64,000 nucleotides of DNA, taken from positions 109,430,001 through 109,494,000 of the forward strand of contig OZ024743.1 in assembly GCA_964016885.1 (NCBI GenBank), read 5' to 3'. A program made the position numbers and the translations under genes. Under the pieces are notes generated by a model. It had not been told where the DNA came from. It saw nothing but the letters and a program-made list of their open reading frames with translations, and made no database searches. Numbering within the stretch: position 1 is the first letter of the stretch; every line of letters starts with the position of its first letter. The stretch comes from Eledone cirrhosa. Taxonomy: Eukaryota. Shown here piece by piece: positions 40,423 to 53,157 of the stretch.

Positions 40423-40555
40423 AGAGATACAGACAGAGATTGGAAAGTAGGAATGTATATATATAGGCAAAATAATTACTGAAAGAGTTACAAGCCGTTA
40501 AATCATATCTTTATATAAAGATATGACTTAACGGCTTGTAACGTTCCAGAAATTA
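40321..40555. repeat. Two adjacent palindromes: 40321-40454 (arms around a (TA)n centre) and 40487-40542 (loopless, extends imperfectly to 40473-40555)
   Basis: attcctactttccaatct..ctctttgaat / attcaaagag..agattggaaagtaggaat; gttacaagccgttaaatcatatctttat / ataaagatatgacttaacggcttgtaac. Confidence 0.9.
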
Positions 40556-42699
40556 ATTTAGCAAATATTAAACATTATAAGCACCATTTTGAAGAGAAAT
40601 TTAGATTTATTTCATTCCAGGTGCTGTTGTTATATCGCAACTAACATTCGTACAATTTGATTGTGTCTTCTTGTGAATTTCTCCTTGTTTATGTATTTAT
40701 TCAAGCTTTCCATAGTATAGGCAAAATATTAGATGGAAGAACAATGTTTGAAACTTGCTATAAATAGTTTCTGTGAAACAATCTACTGTCGACATAATGT
40801 ATATATTACAAACATATATTTTAAAAGACATACATAAAACAACTTCATCAATATAAACAGCAATAACACCAGCCCCATCTCTACCATCATTACAAACATA
40901 ACCAACACCATTAAAAACAAGAACAACACCAACCATCGTCAGACATGTACCTATAATCGGCTGCATATCGTTTCTAAAGTAACCAAATATATGTTATTTA
41001 ATACGGAGTAATCAATCACATTTGACGGTCATATGGAAGAACATCCAAATATGTAAGCTTAGTTTTAGTATGTTTTTGCGCAGTACAATTCTGAGGAGTA
41101 GAGAAATATATCAATAACGTTGTTGTTTATGGCATTTGAAACGTATATGACTTCAAATGAGCGCCAGATGTAGCAGAGGGTTTTCTCTTTTAGTTTGTTT
41201 CTTCTGAGTAAGTAATAAACATTTGTTATATTTCTCTAAATTTCAATTAAAACCAGATCCTCAATGAAATAAAATCAACAATAAAACAACAACTGAAAGA
41301 CATTAAACATGTTAGCGTTTCTGCTGACGACTTAATGTGATGCCAGAGGCTACGTTCAGGTTACAATGATTTGTTTGGCTTCGTATCGATATTGTTTGGG
41401 GAATATATTTCAGTTTTGCTATAACCACTGTTCATTGCAACAGTGCAGGATTATACTAACAAACACTCGAAGGATGTGTACACAAGCATTAGGATCAATA
41501 ATAAATTTTGAAGAATACAAGTAACAGCAGATATATTAAAAACTTTATGCGTTCGATTAAACGCCAATTCAGAGATGTTTAGAATGAAAATGAGAGTCCC
41601 GTAGATGTACCAAATACAGCCAGGCGAAAAACGTAAGTAGATTAAACTTTGTGGAAGAAATATGGCAACAATCTACTACTCCCGACATGAATGGGAATAG
41701 AGGCTATTACCAAGCTACCCCTTACTATGAATATAGGTTCTGCAAGATCTAGATGCCGAAATCAACCGAGAAACAAACATCTGAGTAAAGAAGTTACAAT
41801 CAGTAATTAGAATAAAACACTTTTCACCATATTGTATATGTAACTGTGGAATACATAAAAAGAAATGGAACGCCGGTTGAATTACTCACAATACGTTCTA
41901 TGTTCAAATAGCACTGGGGTGCACATAGTTTTTAATCCATTTGGGAAGGGACAAAACAAGCGCCAGACGGGAGAATTGTGTGCAAAGAAATCTTAAAGCA
42001 TCAAAGGAAGCGTCTTGTGAGATTGCTTTTACGACACTGTGTTGTAAATTCATAGATGATCGACATAATCCACCGTTCAATTTACCACCAACAGCTGGTC
42101 TATGGGGGCTTGTTGTGCAATTCACTACTTTGCACATATGTAGGGTTTGACTAGGGTCGCGGAAGGCTCCAAAAATGATCTTGTGTGCTAACCTTCAGGC
42201 AATAGGTATGTACGCTACCAATTCTAAAATGTAGCAGGAAATAGATGAACATTGTATTGTACCTGACTTAATATCAGACCAGTTTCACTAGTGGTAAAAA
42301 AAAAGAAAGGAAACCTTCATTACATGCCATGATACTGGGCAAATGACTTCGAAAGAAATTAAGTGATTTATCATGTGTGAATGAGAATGTAGATCTAAGT
42401 GCATTCTCAGTAAAATGGATAAAGCTCTGTTTGATGAATAGAATCCAGGCGCAAATCGGCTGTATAAATATACATACATGCACGCTCATACACACACAAC
42501 CAGGTATTTCTATATATATTTATAATAGTAGTAGTGCTGAATACAAACACGACAATCCAGCAGAGACTCGATAAGGAGTGTATAATAGAGTTTATAAATA
42601 TAAGATCGATACACTAAAAACTAATATGACCTAGAAAGCGTTTACAGCCAATAAATTCAAGCAACTTTTACACATGGACATTAATTCGTTTCATTAGCC

Positions 42700-43385
42700 T
42701 TTAATAAGCAATATGACAGGAATGTCAGTCTATATCTGGAGAATAAAAGACAAAAAATATCCGATAAATGATACATCGGGAGATCCTAACTAACGCTAGA
42801 TCCAATAACGGCAATAAAAGGTCTTCCAGGAGTGCGGAATCATATCATAGGCTTTTGCTGTCATCGATTCACGTCATGGTCAAGTTGGTTTTCCTTTTCT
42901 TGCATACTTATATATTGCTTTATCTATTTATCCTCTGTACCTCTGCACTTACACTTGCATCCTTTCTGCTCATCTGGAAGAACTCCATGTTCTTCAATAT
43001 TCCTGTACAATGATTTTGCGATTATTCCAGGCAATAATTTGCACATAGGTGGTAGGCATGTTATCGATCTGTAGTTGTCTACCGCATTCGGTATCACTTA
43101 ATCGGCATTTAGCAATGTGTTGAATTGTTCAGTTATTCGTTAATGGTATTGATAAAATTCAAGTAGCCTTGAATTCCATCTAGTCGCGGAGACTTGTAGT
43201 TCCTGATCTTCTTTTGTGACTTCCTTCATGTCCCTCACTTAAATGCCTAATTCTGCCTGCCCTGGGCAATTAATCGCTTGTTTAAGTTCTTCTAAACATT
43301 CAGCGTCCTTCTTGTGCTCCTTCCCTTTTCTCCAAATGTCCCTACAAAACGTTTGACTTTCAATGTTATCCGGTATAATCAATCA
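42700..43385 (-). mobile_element. Old R4-clade-like RT fragment
   Basis: FCRDIW..EHKKDAE; YRSITCLPPMCKLLPGII; LPDEQKGC. Confidence 0.75.
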
Positions 43386-43679
43386 GTCTATTTCGATGAT
43401 ATTGCTATATTTTTCGTTCGTATCTAAGAGGGTTGCGGGTTGACAGTATCAGTACAGCGTCGAACAATATGCTTTGTGGCATTGAGTTATGGTTATTTAC
43501 ATTCTGAGTTAAAATACCACCGATGTTAGCGTTGTCTTTCATCCTCACGAGGTCCATACAATAAAGTACAAGTAAAGCAGTGAATAGGGTTTTTAATGCT
43601 GTCCGAAATAAAAATAAAATAACAAAAACATATGCGATAGGCTAAGAGGTAGGTACAATGGGTGATTATATGTATATAT

Positions 43680-43830
43680 TTCATCATCATGCGGCGGCCT
43701 CACACGAAATGGACTCAACCATTGATCTCCACGTGGGTATGTCGTTCATTGCCTTTGCCAAATCCTGGATTTCAATACCAGAATCTCTGGAGATGACATC
43801 GGCATAATAGGAGAGCTTGCGCCTCCTGTT
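43680..43830 (-). mobile_element. RTE-like LINE extreme 3' end with (TGA)n tail
   Basis: LAKAMNDIPTWRSMV..* followed by tgatgatga. Confidence 0.6.
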
Positions 43831-43867
43831 GTTATTGACACACACACATTTATATATATGTCTCTCA

Positions 43868-43902
<35 letters not shown>

Positions 43903-43930
43903 TATATGTATATATATATATACATATATA

Positions 43931-43976
43931 CACCTATTTCTAAACTATCCACATATATACATATAAATATATAGAA

Positions 43977-44016
<40 letters not shown>

Positions 44017-44207
44017 GTGTGTATATGTGTGTGTGTGTTTTTCTATATATTTATATGTATATATGTGGATAGTCTAGAAATAGCTGTTGAAACATGAAGT
44101 GCTCCGCCTTCGTGTCCCGAAACATTACAATATAACAATACACTACAATCCAAATCAACGAGTACTCTGCCGGCTAATGGTCTAATCAGTTTCAACCTGA
44201 ATTCAAC

Positions 44208-44210
<3 letters not shown>
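43931..44210 (+). repeat. Fold-back (43931-44086, microsatellite centre) plus unpaired tail ending at (TA)n
   Basis: ctatttctaaactatccacatatatacatataaatatatagaaa vs tttctatatatttatatgtatatatgtggatagtctagaaatag; tail contains GAGTACTC. Confidence 0.8.
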
Positions 44211-44284
<74 letters not shown>

Positions 44285-44868
44285 GAATGAATATAAGTAT
44301 ATAAATACTCATGTATGAATCTGGTGTAAGTGTGGCTCTTAGTACATATATTATATATCAGTATGTTATGCATGTGTTGTATTCCGTGTTTCAAAATCTT
44401 TTTTATGCTAAAATTTATCATTCCCAATGTAATTGCTTTTGCCTTTTTGAAGGATTGTGTATATGTAAACATATATATATTATTTCTTGTCTTATAGAAC
44501 ATATATGCTATGAGGAACCTGATATCGTATTTTTGTGTATTTAAACGTTACATGTGTGTGCCGATAAGATACTCTATACGATTGATGTGTTGTATCTTTC
44601 CAACCGCAATTTTGCTTTGAAGTTTTTTTTAGCTATTGTCTTACTTCAAAGAAAATTTGCAAAGTTATTTGAATTTCTATCCCAAATAGTCGTTGATATT
44701 ATATTCTCTGCGTCCTTTTCTTACACGAATACAGACCCACACGCACGAAGACACAAAGGCACAAAGACACAAGCCCAAGCAGATATGCACGAATACATCA
44801 CACGCGCCCACACATACACACATACACACAAACTTGCATTTCTCCCACTCTCTTTATATATATATATA

Positions 44869-44909
<41 letters not shown>

Positions 44910-45150
44910 GGGGTTGACGGACCCGGCATATTTATCAATGCCAGTACCGGTTGTATCTCAGCGCACCCAATGGGCAATGTAAGATACATTACCAGAGTAT
45001 ACACATAGTTATTTGCCTCAACACAACACACGTAAAACGGGTGCCTATAAGGTACCCGGACTCGAGTTTCTGCCGCACTAATGCAGCAGTGAGGTGCACT
45101 GCACATATCTGTCTGCATACATGTATTTACCTATCTCTTTCTATAACTGT

Positions 45151-45213
<63 letters not shown>

Positions 45214-45258
45214 TATAAAAAGGAATAGTAGATACAATATAGCTATTTTTCTCTTAGG

Positions 45259-45349
45259 TCCCGACTGTACAGTTTCGCTGGTCACTATGCAAGAATGTTA
45301 TATCATAGATATATAACATTGTTGTGAGGTAAGCCAGCTTATCAAGGGA
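45259..45349 (-). ncRNA. Type I hammerhead ribozyme with U3-A8 variant core and extended stem II
   Basis: Minus strand: tccc-TTGATAA-gctgg...aatgttata/tataacatt...ccagc-GAAAC-tgtaca-GTC-ggga. Confidence 0.85.
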
Positions 45350-45619
45350 GCACCTCAGGGAAGAGCCCTAACTACATACGTCCGTAGCATGCGAGAAACT
45401 CTCAGAAAGGCGGAGGGAGATTTCTATCACGTGATACACCGGTCAAGAAAGGGGATTAATCCCTTGTAACAGTGAAAATATCTCAGAAGGCGGAGGGAGA
45501 TATTGATATCATACATAGGCTACAGAGGGGTGTAAGGTTGACTAGACGTGTATATAGTGTTTGCTTGAAAGCAGTCACTATACTTCCGTGGATACTCTAC
45601 CGTGAGGGGGTTAGAGACA

Positions 45620-46009
45620 ATAATGAGAGGTATACAAATATATGTGTATACATACATATACATGTATATATAAACATATATTTTTCACAAGTATGTGAGA
45701 TTGTATGTTGTAGACCTTAACCAGTGTTACTCTATGATTATGAGAGACAAAATAATCGAAATAATTAAATTGACACAATATCAGAGTTATGTAAAATATT
45801 ATAGGTATATTGTATCTACTATTCCTTTTTATAATATTTACATAACTCTGATATTGTGTCAATTTAATTATTTCGATTATTTTGTCTCTCATAATCATAG
45901 AGTAACACTGGTTAAGGTCGACAACATACAATCTCACGTACTTGTGAAAAATATATGTTTATATATACATGTATATGTATGTATACACATATATTTGTAT
46001 ACCTCTCAT

Positions 46010-46012
<3 letters not shown>
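45620..46012. repeat. Fold-back with ~183-bp near-perfect arms (45620-45803 / 45830-46012); loop region is the reverse complement of 45208-45240
   Basis: Direct comparison; mirror-image ORFs 45611(-) and 45695(+). Confidence 0.92.
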
Positions 46013-46059
<47 letters not shown>

Positions 46060-46730
46060 ACAGTAAGAAAAAGGTAAATACATAAGCATGCATATGGGTA
46101 TACCCACAACATATCTTTCTCTCCCTTTTCCACACATACACACACACTCATACACACATTGTATTTAAAATACGAAGATACATTAGAAAGGTGTAAAAGT
46201 TTAATCGTGCAATTTTAGGTTTAAATATCAAGTTGAAAATACTTGTTGTTACTAATCGATCCCACGATTGCATGATTCAATAAAAAAGAAAATGCCTTCG
46301 CAAACTCCAAACATGCAGTTCTATTGCAATTTTTGAAATTTGGCTAACTGTCTATTCAAGAAATTGTGGTGTCACAAAATTGTTATCTATCAAATATGCA
46401 TAATAATTATGAAAGATTTTGAAGGATTATCACGTAAGTTTTCAGTGATCATAATATTCAATATGTTTATTTCTTTACTTTTAGAAGCAAGGAAGAGTCT
46501 ACGATATTTTATCTGGATAACTAATTATCCAGGCGTATTTCAATAGCATTGTTGTTAGCATTTAAAATAAAGAATGTTTTCATATAGAAGGACTGTATAT
46601 AAGATTCGAGGTAAATATCATCCCGTTCTTGTGTGCAACATGCTTATCTTTCTTCGTGTCGGTAAGGTTTTATTTGTAGGGAAATTTGCTGTGTAAATAA
46701 ACTTAGAAGTTATCGAATTTGATTTATAGA

Positions 46731-47025
46731 TACGAGGTGGTGTTCAAAAACTATCCGACTTTACTTATTCCCACCTAACTAATGCTGTGTGGCTAAATTT
46801 ACTTCGGATAGGAGATGACACCAAGAATTATGCGCCTGCGTGCGAATATTTATGCAGGTAGGCCTTCTCAGTTTTCAGATGTTACGCCTAGAGTGCACTC
46901 GTCGGACTTTTGTTTTCAAGCAAGATAACTGAACGCAAAGAGTTTTACCAAGCTTGGTGATACTGAAGCTGTAACATTCCAGACGTTGCAGTAGGCCTTT
47001 GGCAATGATGCCATGAGCAACGTCA
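46731..47025 (+). mobile_element. Mariner 5' fragment (TIR + HTH start)
   Basis: tacgagg(t)ggtgttcaaaaa TIR-like; KLGDTEAVTFQTLQ*AFGNDAMS. Confidence 0.7.
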
Positions 47026-47047
47026 GGTTATATATATAATAGTAATT

Positions 47048-47756
47048 AGATAAACACACAGATACATAACTATAAATATATATGTGTGCGTGTGGGGTCC
47101 CACCTTGACCAGTTTTTCTAATAACCGAAAGAACTAAAATAAACAAAATAATTTTTTAAAATCATTTAATCAGAGCTATGTAACAAATTATAAATGTGAG
47201 TATATAATAGACAAACATATATATTTTTTTTTTTCTTCAAAGTCCCTATTGCAGTATTGCCGACTGGCAGGCATCAATCGTGCACTTGTGCTGTGAAGCT
47301 ACCGGCTGTTCAAGAGACACCTCAAGTGAGATGCCTACTTCTTGAACTGACCGTTACAAGTGAATAAATCTCCGGGGGGAGAAATGATCATGTGGTACAG
47401 CGGTCACAGGAGGGGGGGGGGTAAAGGCTGGGCGTTACGCGAATACTACATCTGCAAGGAGAAGCAGCCAGGAGCTGCTTTTTTTACTCTACCATAAGGG
47501 TGGTGGGAACAAAATATTAATACGATACACAGACAGATATATGCGTATAAATATATATGTGCGTGTGTGTGTGGTGTCCCGCCTTGGCCAGATTTGCTCA
47601 ATAACCGAAAAAATTAAATTAAAATAATTAAAATAATCATTTAATCAGAGTCATCTATCAAATTATAAATGTGAGAAAAAAATAGACAAAATAGTACACA
47701 TTTTGTCTTCAATGTCCCGGCTGCAATTTTGCCGACTGGCTTTCAGCAGTAGGGCA

Positions 47757-47758
<2 letters not shown>
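47048..47758 (+). repeat. Diverged direct repeats (~47048-47268 and ~47521-47740) around a 250-bp spacer, bounded by TA-rich tracts
   Basis: Shared gtccc.ccttg.ccag..aataaccgaaa..aatcatttaatcagag..caaattataaatgtgag..tcttcaa.gtccc..tgccgactggc. Confidence 0.85.
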
Positions 47759-47812
<54 letters not shown>

Positions 47813-47815
<3 letters not shown>

Positions 47816-48308
47816 GGTTTGAAGGTTCACCACTGGATGGAGCTGGTCATTTCGTATGGTCAATCTTGATGTAATAATATGGAGAGTACTCAACGTAAAG
47901 CAGCTCAACCGTCTTCGTTTGTGTAGTTGGTGGTGCGATTACGGAGTTAAATATTATAATAAAATAACAGGAGGCTGGACTTGTGTAAATCCTTGAAAGG
48001 TTTATTATACTATGATCATTTCAATGACCGGGTTCCGTATGAATCCGGTGATATCATCAGGTATTCGAAAATCCATGAGGTTGAAAATCATAGACCAGAA
48101 AGGATGACCGAACAAAGTGGCAGATGCTAGATGGTCGGTCGTCCTCGGATCTATGATTTTCAGCCCCATAGATTTATCTGTTACTTAATTTATCATATTT
48201 CGAATACATGATGGTATAGCCGGATTCATACGGAACCCGGTCATTGAAATGATCATAGTATAATAAACCTTTCGAGGATTTACACAAGTCCAGCCTCCTG
48301 TTATTTTA

Positions 48309-48315
<7 letters not shown>
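47813..48315. mobile_element. Shorter relative of the 9835-10862 fold-back element (tail + hairpin; intact hammerhead on - strand at 48007-48064, mutated copy on + strand)
   Basis: Similar tail (gttcaccactggat..gagtactcaacg) and near-identical ribozyme region; in (TA)n. Confidence 0.9.
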
Positions 48316-48344
<29 letters not shown>

Positions 48345-49276
48345 TTGTATTTATATATATATATAGATTTTATTTATCTTCACTCTTTCACTATATTTAT
48401 TTGTATATATATATTTATGTATATAAATGTGTGCATGTGTATGTGTGTGCATTCATTGATATGTTTATACACACATATTGTCTCTGTTTGTCCTTGAGTA
48501 TATATGTCTGTATGTGTATGTGCGTGTGTGTCTTTGCCGTCTATTGTACCCATCATTCAAGCCATAACACTTCGCTTTCAACGCTTAGCCTTATGTTAAA
48601 TTTTCTCTTTTCTTCCTGTTACCTATCTCCTCGTAGCTTACGTTCTATTTGATCCTCATGCATTCTACTCCTTTATCTGAAACTCACGCCTTTTCTCTTT
48701 TTATAGCCACATCTTTTTTTCTTTTTATTCAATGGATGCATAATAGTTGAATGCATGCAAATGCGCACTTATTCAATACATAAGTGGTGTTGTACATCAA
48801 AGATATTCACCTATATTGATGAAAACATAGTCACCAATTTTGGTAAGCTATAGAACGTCAATACTATTCCAAATCCATACTACTGTAAATTACCAATGGG
48901 ATGTGATATTTTTGTCTTTGCCTATTTTTCTTGTGTATATGTGAGGATTATTTAGGTTTGTATTTTCTGTTAAATATATTTTTTGTTGATGTTGCTGCTT
49001 TGATTCCTTAACAAACAAACAAATGCTTATAAATCTTAGGACTTAGAAATGTAACATGAAAATCAAGAAAAAAAAATCAACTGCAATTCTATACTATCTC
49101 TTAGAAATAAACACTAATGACTCACCTCACATGCAGCTGAATAAATCTCAATAAATTTCAGTTAATACGTACCATAACATAGATATTTTTTCCTAGACTC
49201 CGATAAGCACACACGCACATACGATCGCACAGACTTACTCACACACACACACATACACACACACACACATACACGT

Positions 49277-49333
<57 letters not shown>

Positions 49334-49335
49334 GT

Positions 49336-49394
<59 letters not shown>

Positions 49395-49397
<3 letters not shown>

Positions 49398-50699
49398 GGT
49401 GTTCGGGATAAATTTGACAGAACAATATTTGGTTGTTTTTTCAGATGTTTTAAATTCATTCATGCCCACTAGACTTTATTTGAAAGTTTAAACCCTCCTT
49501 CATTCATATATGTGATGACAACGAGAATGGATGACTGGGAGCCACCTGAATCATGGAAGAGAATAACTTGTATCATGATGATTCGCGCCAGCCATCAAAA
49601 TAAGGAGATTATGGTCGCTGCTCAATGCTCCCTGAACACTGTAAAAACAATACGGCATGAACTGGAGAATTGCAATGGAGACTACGAGGCTGTGGCTAGA
49701 AGAAAGAAACATAACAGAAGATCTGATTGCTCTCGCACAGCAGAATTCATCGAAAATCTGCATAAAAAAGTGTTCGAGGACCCTGGCATCGGAATTCGGT
49801 CTTTGTCGCGTGAATTGAATGTTTCAGCCTATACTATGAAAATCGCACTCAATGAAGACCTTCGCTACTACTCATACAAGCGTCGCAGAGGTCAACTTCT
49901 CACAGAAAAGGCCCGCGAAAATCGTCTGATAAAGGCAAAGAAACTTCTGAGCAAAGTGAAACATCCTGCTGAAGCACAAACAATCTGGTTCTTTTCCGAT
50001 GAGAAAAACCTTTGCCAAGATCAAAAACACAACACGCAGAATAACAGATGACTTGCATACAGTCCAAAGGACACTCCTCGAGTCATGCAGACTAAATTTT
50101 CCCAAACTGTCATGGTTTTTGGATATGTGTCCTCCGAGGGTGATGCGATGCCTCCGCATTTTTTCAAACAGGGTCTCAGGTTGAATTCAGATGCCTACGT
50201 GGAATTGCTAACCACTGTAGGATAACAAGGGTAACCAATAATAGGCCGTATGTATGGTCGTATGTATGGCAGCAGGATTCGGCCCCCTGCCACACCTCGG
50301 GGAAAAGTAAAAAATGGTTGTCAGCCAATTTTTACGACTACACCAGTCCCAATGTTTGGCCTCCGAACTCCCCTGATCTTAACCCGATGGACTATTATGT
50401 ATGGGGCGCTGTAGAGAAAGACACCAATCGCCGTGCCAGTACTACACAAGCCCAGTTAATCGACAGAATTAAAGTAGTTTCTGAGGGCCTTCCCAGGGAA
50501 AGTTTAAAATCAGCTTGCTCCAGGTTCCGAGCCCGGATTGAGGCTGTAATAGACGCTAATGGCGGTTATTTTGAGTAAAACTCTTTGACAATAGTGTAAT
50601 TTCCTTGTCCATTGAATTTCTTTTAAATCAAATAAATTTTGTAGATGCCAAGCACTTTTTCTTTTTCCTGATGAAACTGTCAAATTTATCCCGAACACC

Positions 50700-50702
<3 letters not shown>
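49395..50702 (+). mobile_element. Full-length Tc1/mariner-superfamily DD37D (maT) transposon; transposase ~49527-50578 disrupted
   Basis: 26-bp perfect TIRs cagggtgttcgggataaatttgacag; TA flanks; WFFSDEK / WQQDSAPCH / WPPNSPDLNPMDY with 37 residues between D2 and D3; premature TGA at 50049 and indel(s) near 50220-50265. Confidence 0.93.
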
Positions 50703-50759
<57 letters not shown>

Positions 50760-50762
50760 ATG

Positions 50763-50807
<45 letters not shown>

Positions 50808-50888
50808 GTATGTATGTATATATGTATGAATGAATGTATGTGTGCATGTGTGTGTGTATGTGTGTATGTATGTATGTATATATGTATG

Positions 50889-52217
50889 TTATCTCTTTCT
50901 CTTAATTTCGAGTATATTTTTTTGACTGGCCACCTTCCTGGTGGCAAGGTTGTAAAAGAAAAGGAATCGTCATCCCTTGAATCGCAAGAGTGTTTAGCAC
51001 ATTTTGAAGGTGCCAGCTATTGCAGCCATTTGTAGACTATGAATTAGGGAGCTGAGTTCTTTGTCCGCAAATCCAAGTTCAGTCATACTTTGGTCCAAAC
51101 GGGTTGGTATATAACCCGTAGCTCCAATAATGATGGGTTTGAATAAAGGTGTATCTTGGATACTGGATTTGCAAATTCCTCATCAATGGTCCGTAGATGT
51201 CCTCCTTCTCCTGTATTTTTCTGACAACGTTTACATCAAGTGGGCAGCTGATTTCCACAAGAGAAATCGTTTTCAATGTGTGGTCCCAAACAACAATATC
51301 AGGCCGGTTGTGCTTTAATTTGGTGGCAGTTTTTATTTTCAGGTTCCACCAGTATTCCTTAGTGCCATCTGTCTCAATATATTCTTCCTCGTTTGTTGTT
51401 AATTTTGTTTGCCGAAGTGCGTTCCAGATGGTTGTAGCTATCCCATCGAGTCTCATAGGGAGGTAGTAGCGAGATGACATTCTTTCGCAGCTGGCAACAA
51501 TGTGGCTTACATCCTCGATCTTTGTTTTACATAGCCTACATTTATTGTCAGCTGATGGCCCTCCCCTTTTGTGCAGCAGATATTTGGTAGGGAGTTCTTG
51601 TTCCCGTATTGCATAGAGATATCCCTCAAGGTGTGATGTCATAAACTTGTCGGAACCCCATGCCAGGCTTTTTGAATGGTTTATCCCCTCTATGGTCTGA
51701 GATTTACGTATGAAGTATCCATGCACAACTTTTTCTGTAAATTGGTTAATCTTTTCAGCTTGTTTGAACATTAAATAGGATCTTCCGATTCCTCTGGGTG
51801 AGAGATTTATATCAGACTTGATTCCATATCTCTCCTCCAGATCAGTGGCTATTCTAATGATATTTTTTTGTTCATGCTCATAAATCTGGGCAAGATGTTT
51901 GCCAACCTTTTTCCTCTGTTGAAGGTGTTGCTTCAGTGTTATTATCCGGGTCTCATATGATGTTAATATGGATTTTAGACCACGGCGACCTCCCTTGCGT
52001 GAGAAGTATAGCCTATCCACATCACCATTGATGTTAAAGTTCCCAGTGACACTGAGGAGTTTGCGAGTTCTAACATCCATCTAACTTAGTTCTTGCAATG
52101 ACCAGTTCAGCAGGCCAAATGTTGGCGTTAGAATTGGCACAGCATAAGTTTCGTGGGCAATGTATTTGTTGTACGCTGACACTTCTGATGACCATATTTT
52201 CTTTACTCTTCTGAGGT
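50889..52217 (-). mobile_element. R4/Dong-like LINE 3' portion, copy 3 (longer)
   Basis: DVRTRKLL..DVDRLY..GLKS..CRLC..KHNRPDIVVWD; same 3' UTR as copies 1-2; (ATAC)n at both junctions. Confidence 0.9.
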
Positions 52218-52248
52218 ATGTATAAATCTACGTATGTATGTATGAATG

Positions 52249-52333
<85 letters not shown>

Positions 52334-52339
52334 TATATA

Positions 52340-52838
52340 TATTGTTATGCTTGGGGAGGGTCATATTTGTGTAATATTGCCAGAATTAATAACATAACAC
52401 ACTCACTGTTTGGTTGGTTTTCGCTTTTCGCTTCTGTGTCTTTTATATCGGTAATCTAATTTATTCATCAATGTTGCCATTCACTGACCGACGGTAAAAA
52501 ATAATACAGATACAATATAGACACAAACACATATATATAGTTTATCAAAGTTCTTTCGTTGCACATCTGCAACATCGTCAGTGGTGCTATTGTTTCCTCC
52601 CGTTACATTGTATGTCTACGCCATTTTTATTTAGTCTGTCTATATACTTATTTATTTATTTGTTTGTTTGTTTATTTTATTTTGTCTTCTTTGAGCATGC
52701 GTTTGCGTGTGTATAGTGTTTTGTTTGATGTGTGTTCGTGATTGGGTGACTCTGTATCGGTTAATGTATTCTATATTTACTAGTGTGTGTTCATATGTGT
52801 TTGTTGTTATTGTGCTTGTGTATGTATCTATTTATCGT
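52340..52838 (-). mobile_element. Solo pLTR/3' UTR of the PLE family at 6510-9795
   Basis: Aligns with 6517-6970; hammerhead-like CTGACGA..GAAA; abuts (TA)n. Confidence 0.85.
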
Positions 52839-53089
52839 AAGTCTATGGATGGACATAGCAACAACGATAACAAAATGGGACAGAGATCGGTCAGAGAGAG
52901 TCACGGATAGAATATGTAGAGCGTCACAAAATTCGTTGCTGTATTTATATATATATATATACATACATTGTTCTTAGTTCAAATCATATAGTGTTTAACT
53001 TTGTCTTTCTTGTTTGTCTTTCCTCTCTGTTAAATATAGTACATTAATCTAAGTGTCTTTCCCTTCAACATGGGCTCTCTCTCTCTTTC

Positions 53090-53157
<68 letters not shown>

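Noticed and set aside
41880-42210. Possible host exon (short ORFs on both strands)
   Set aside because: No recognisable domain or supported splice structure.
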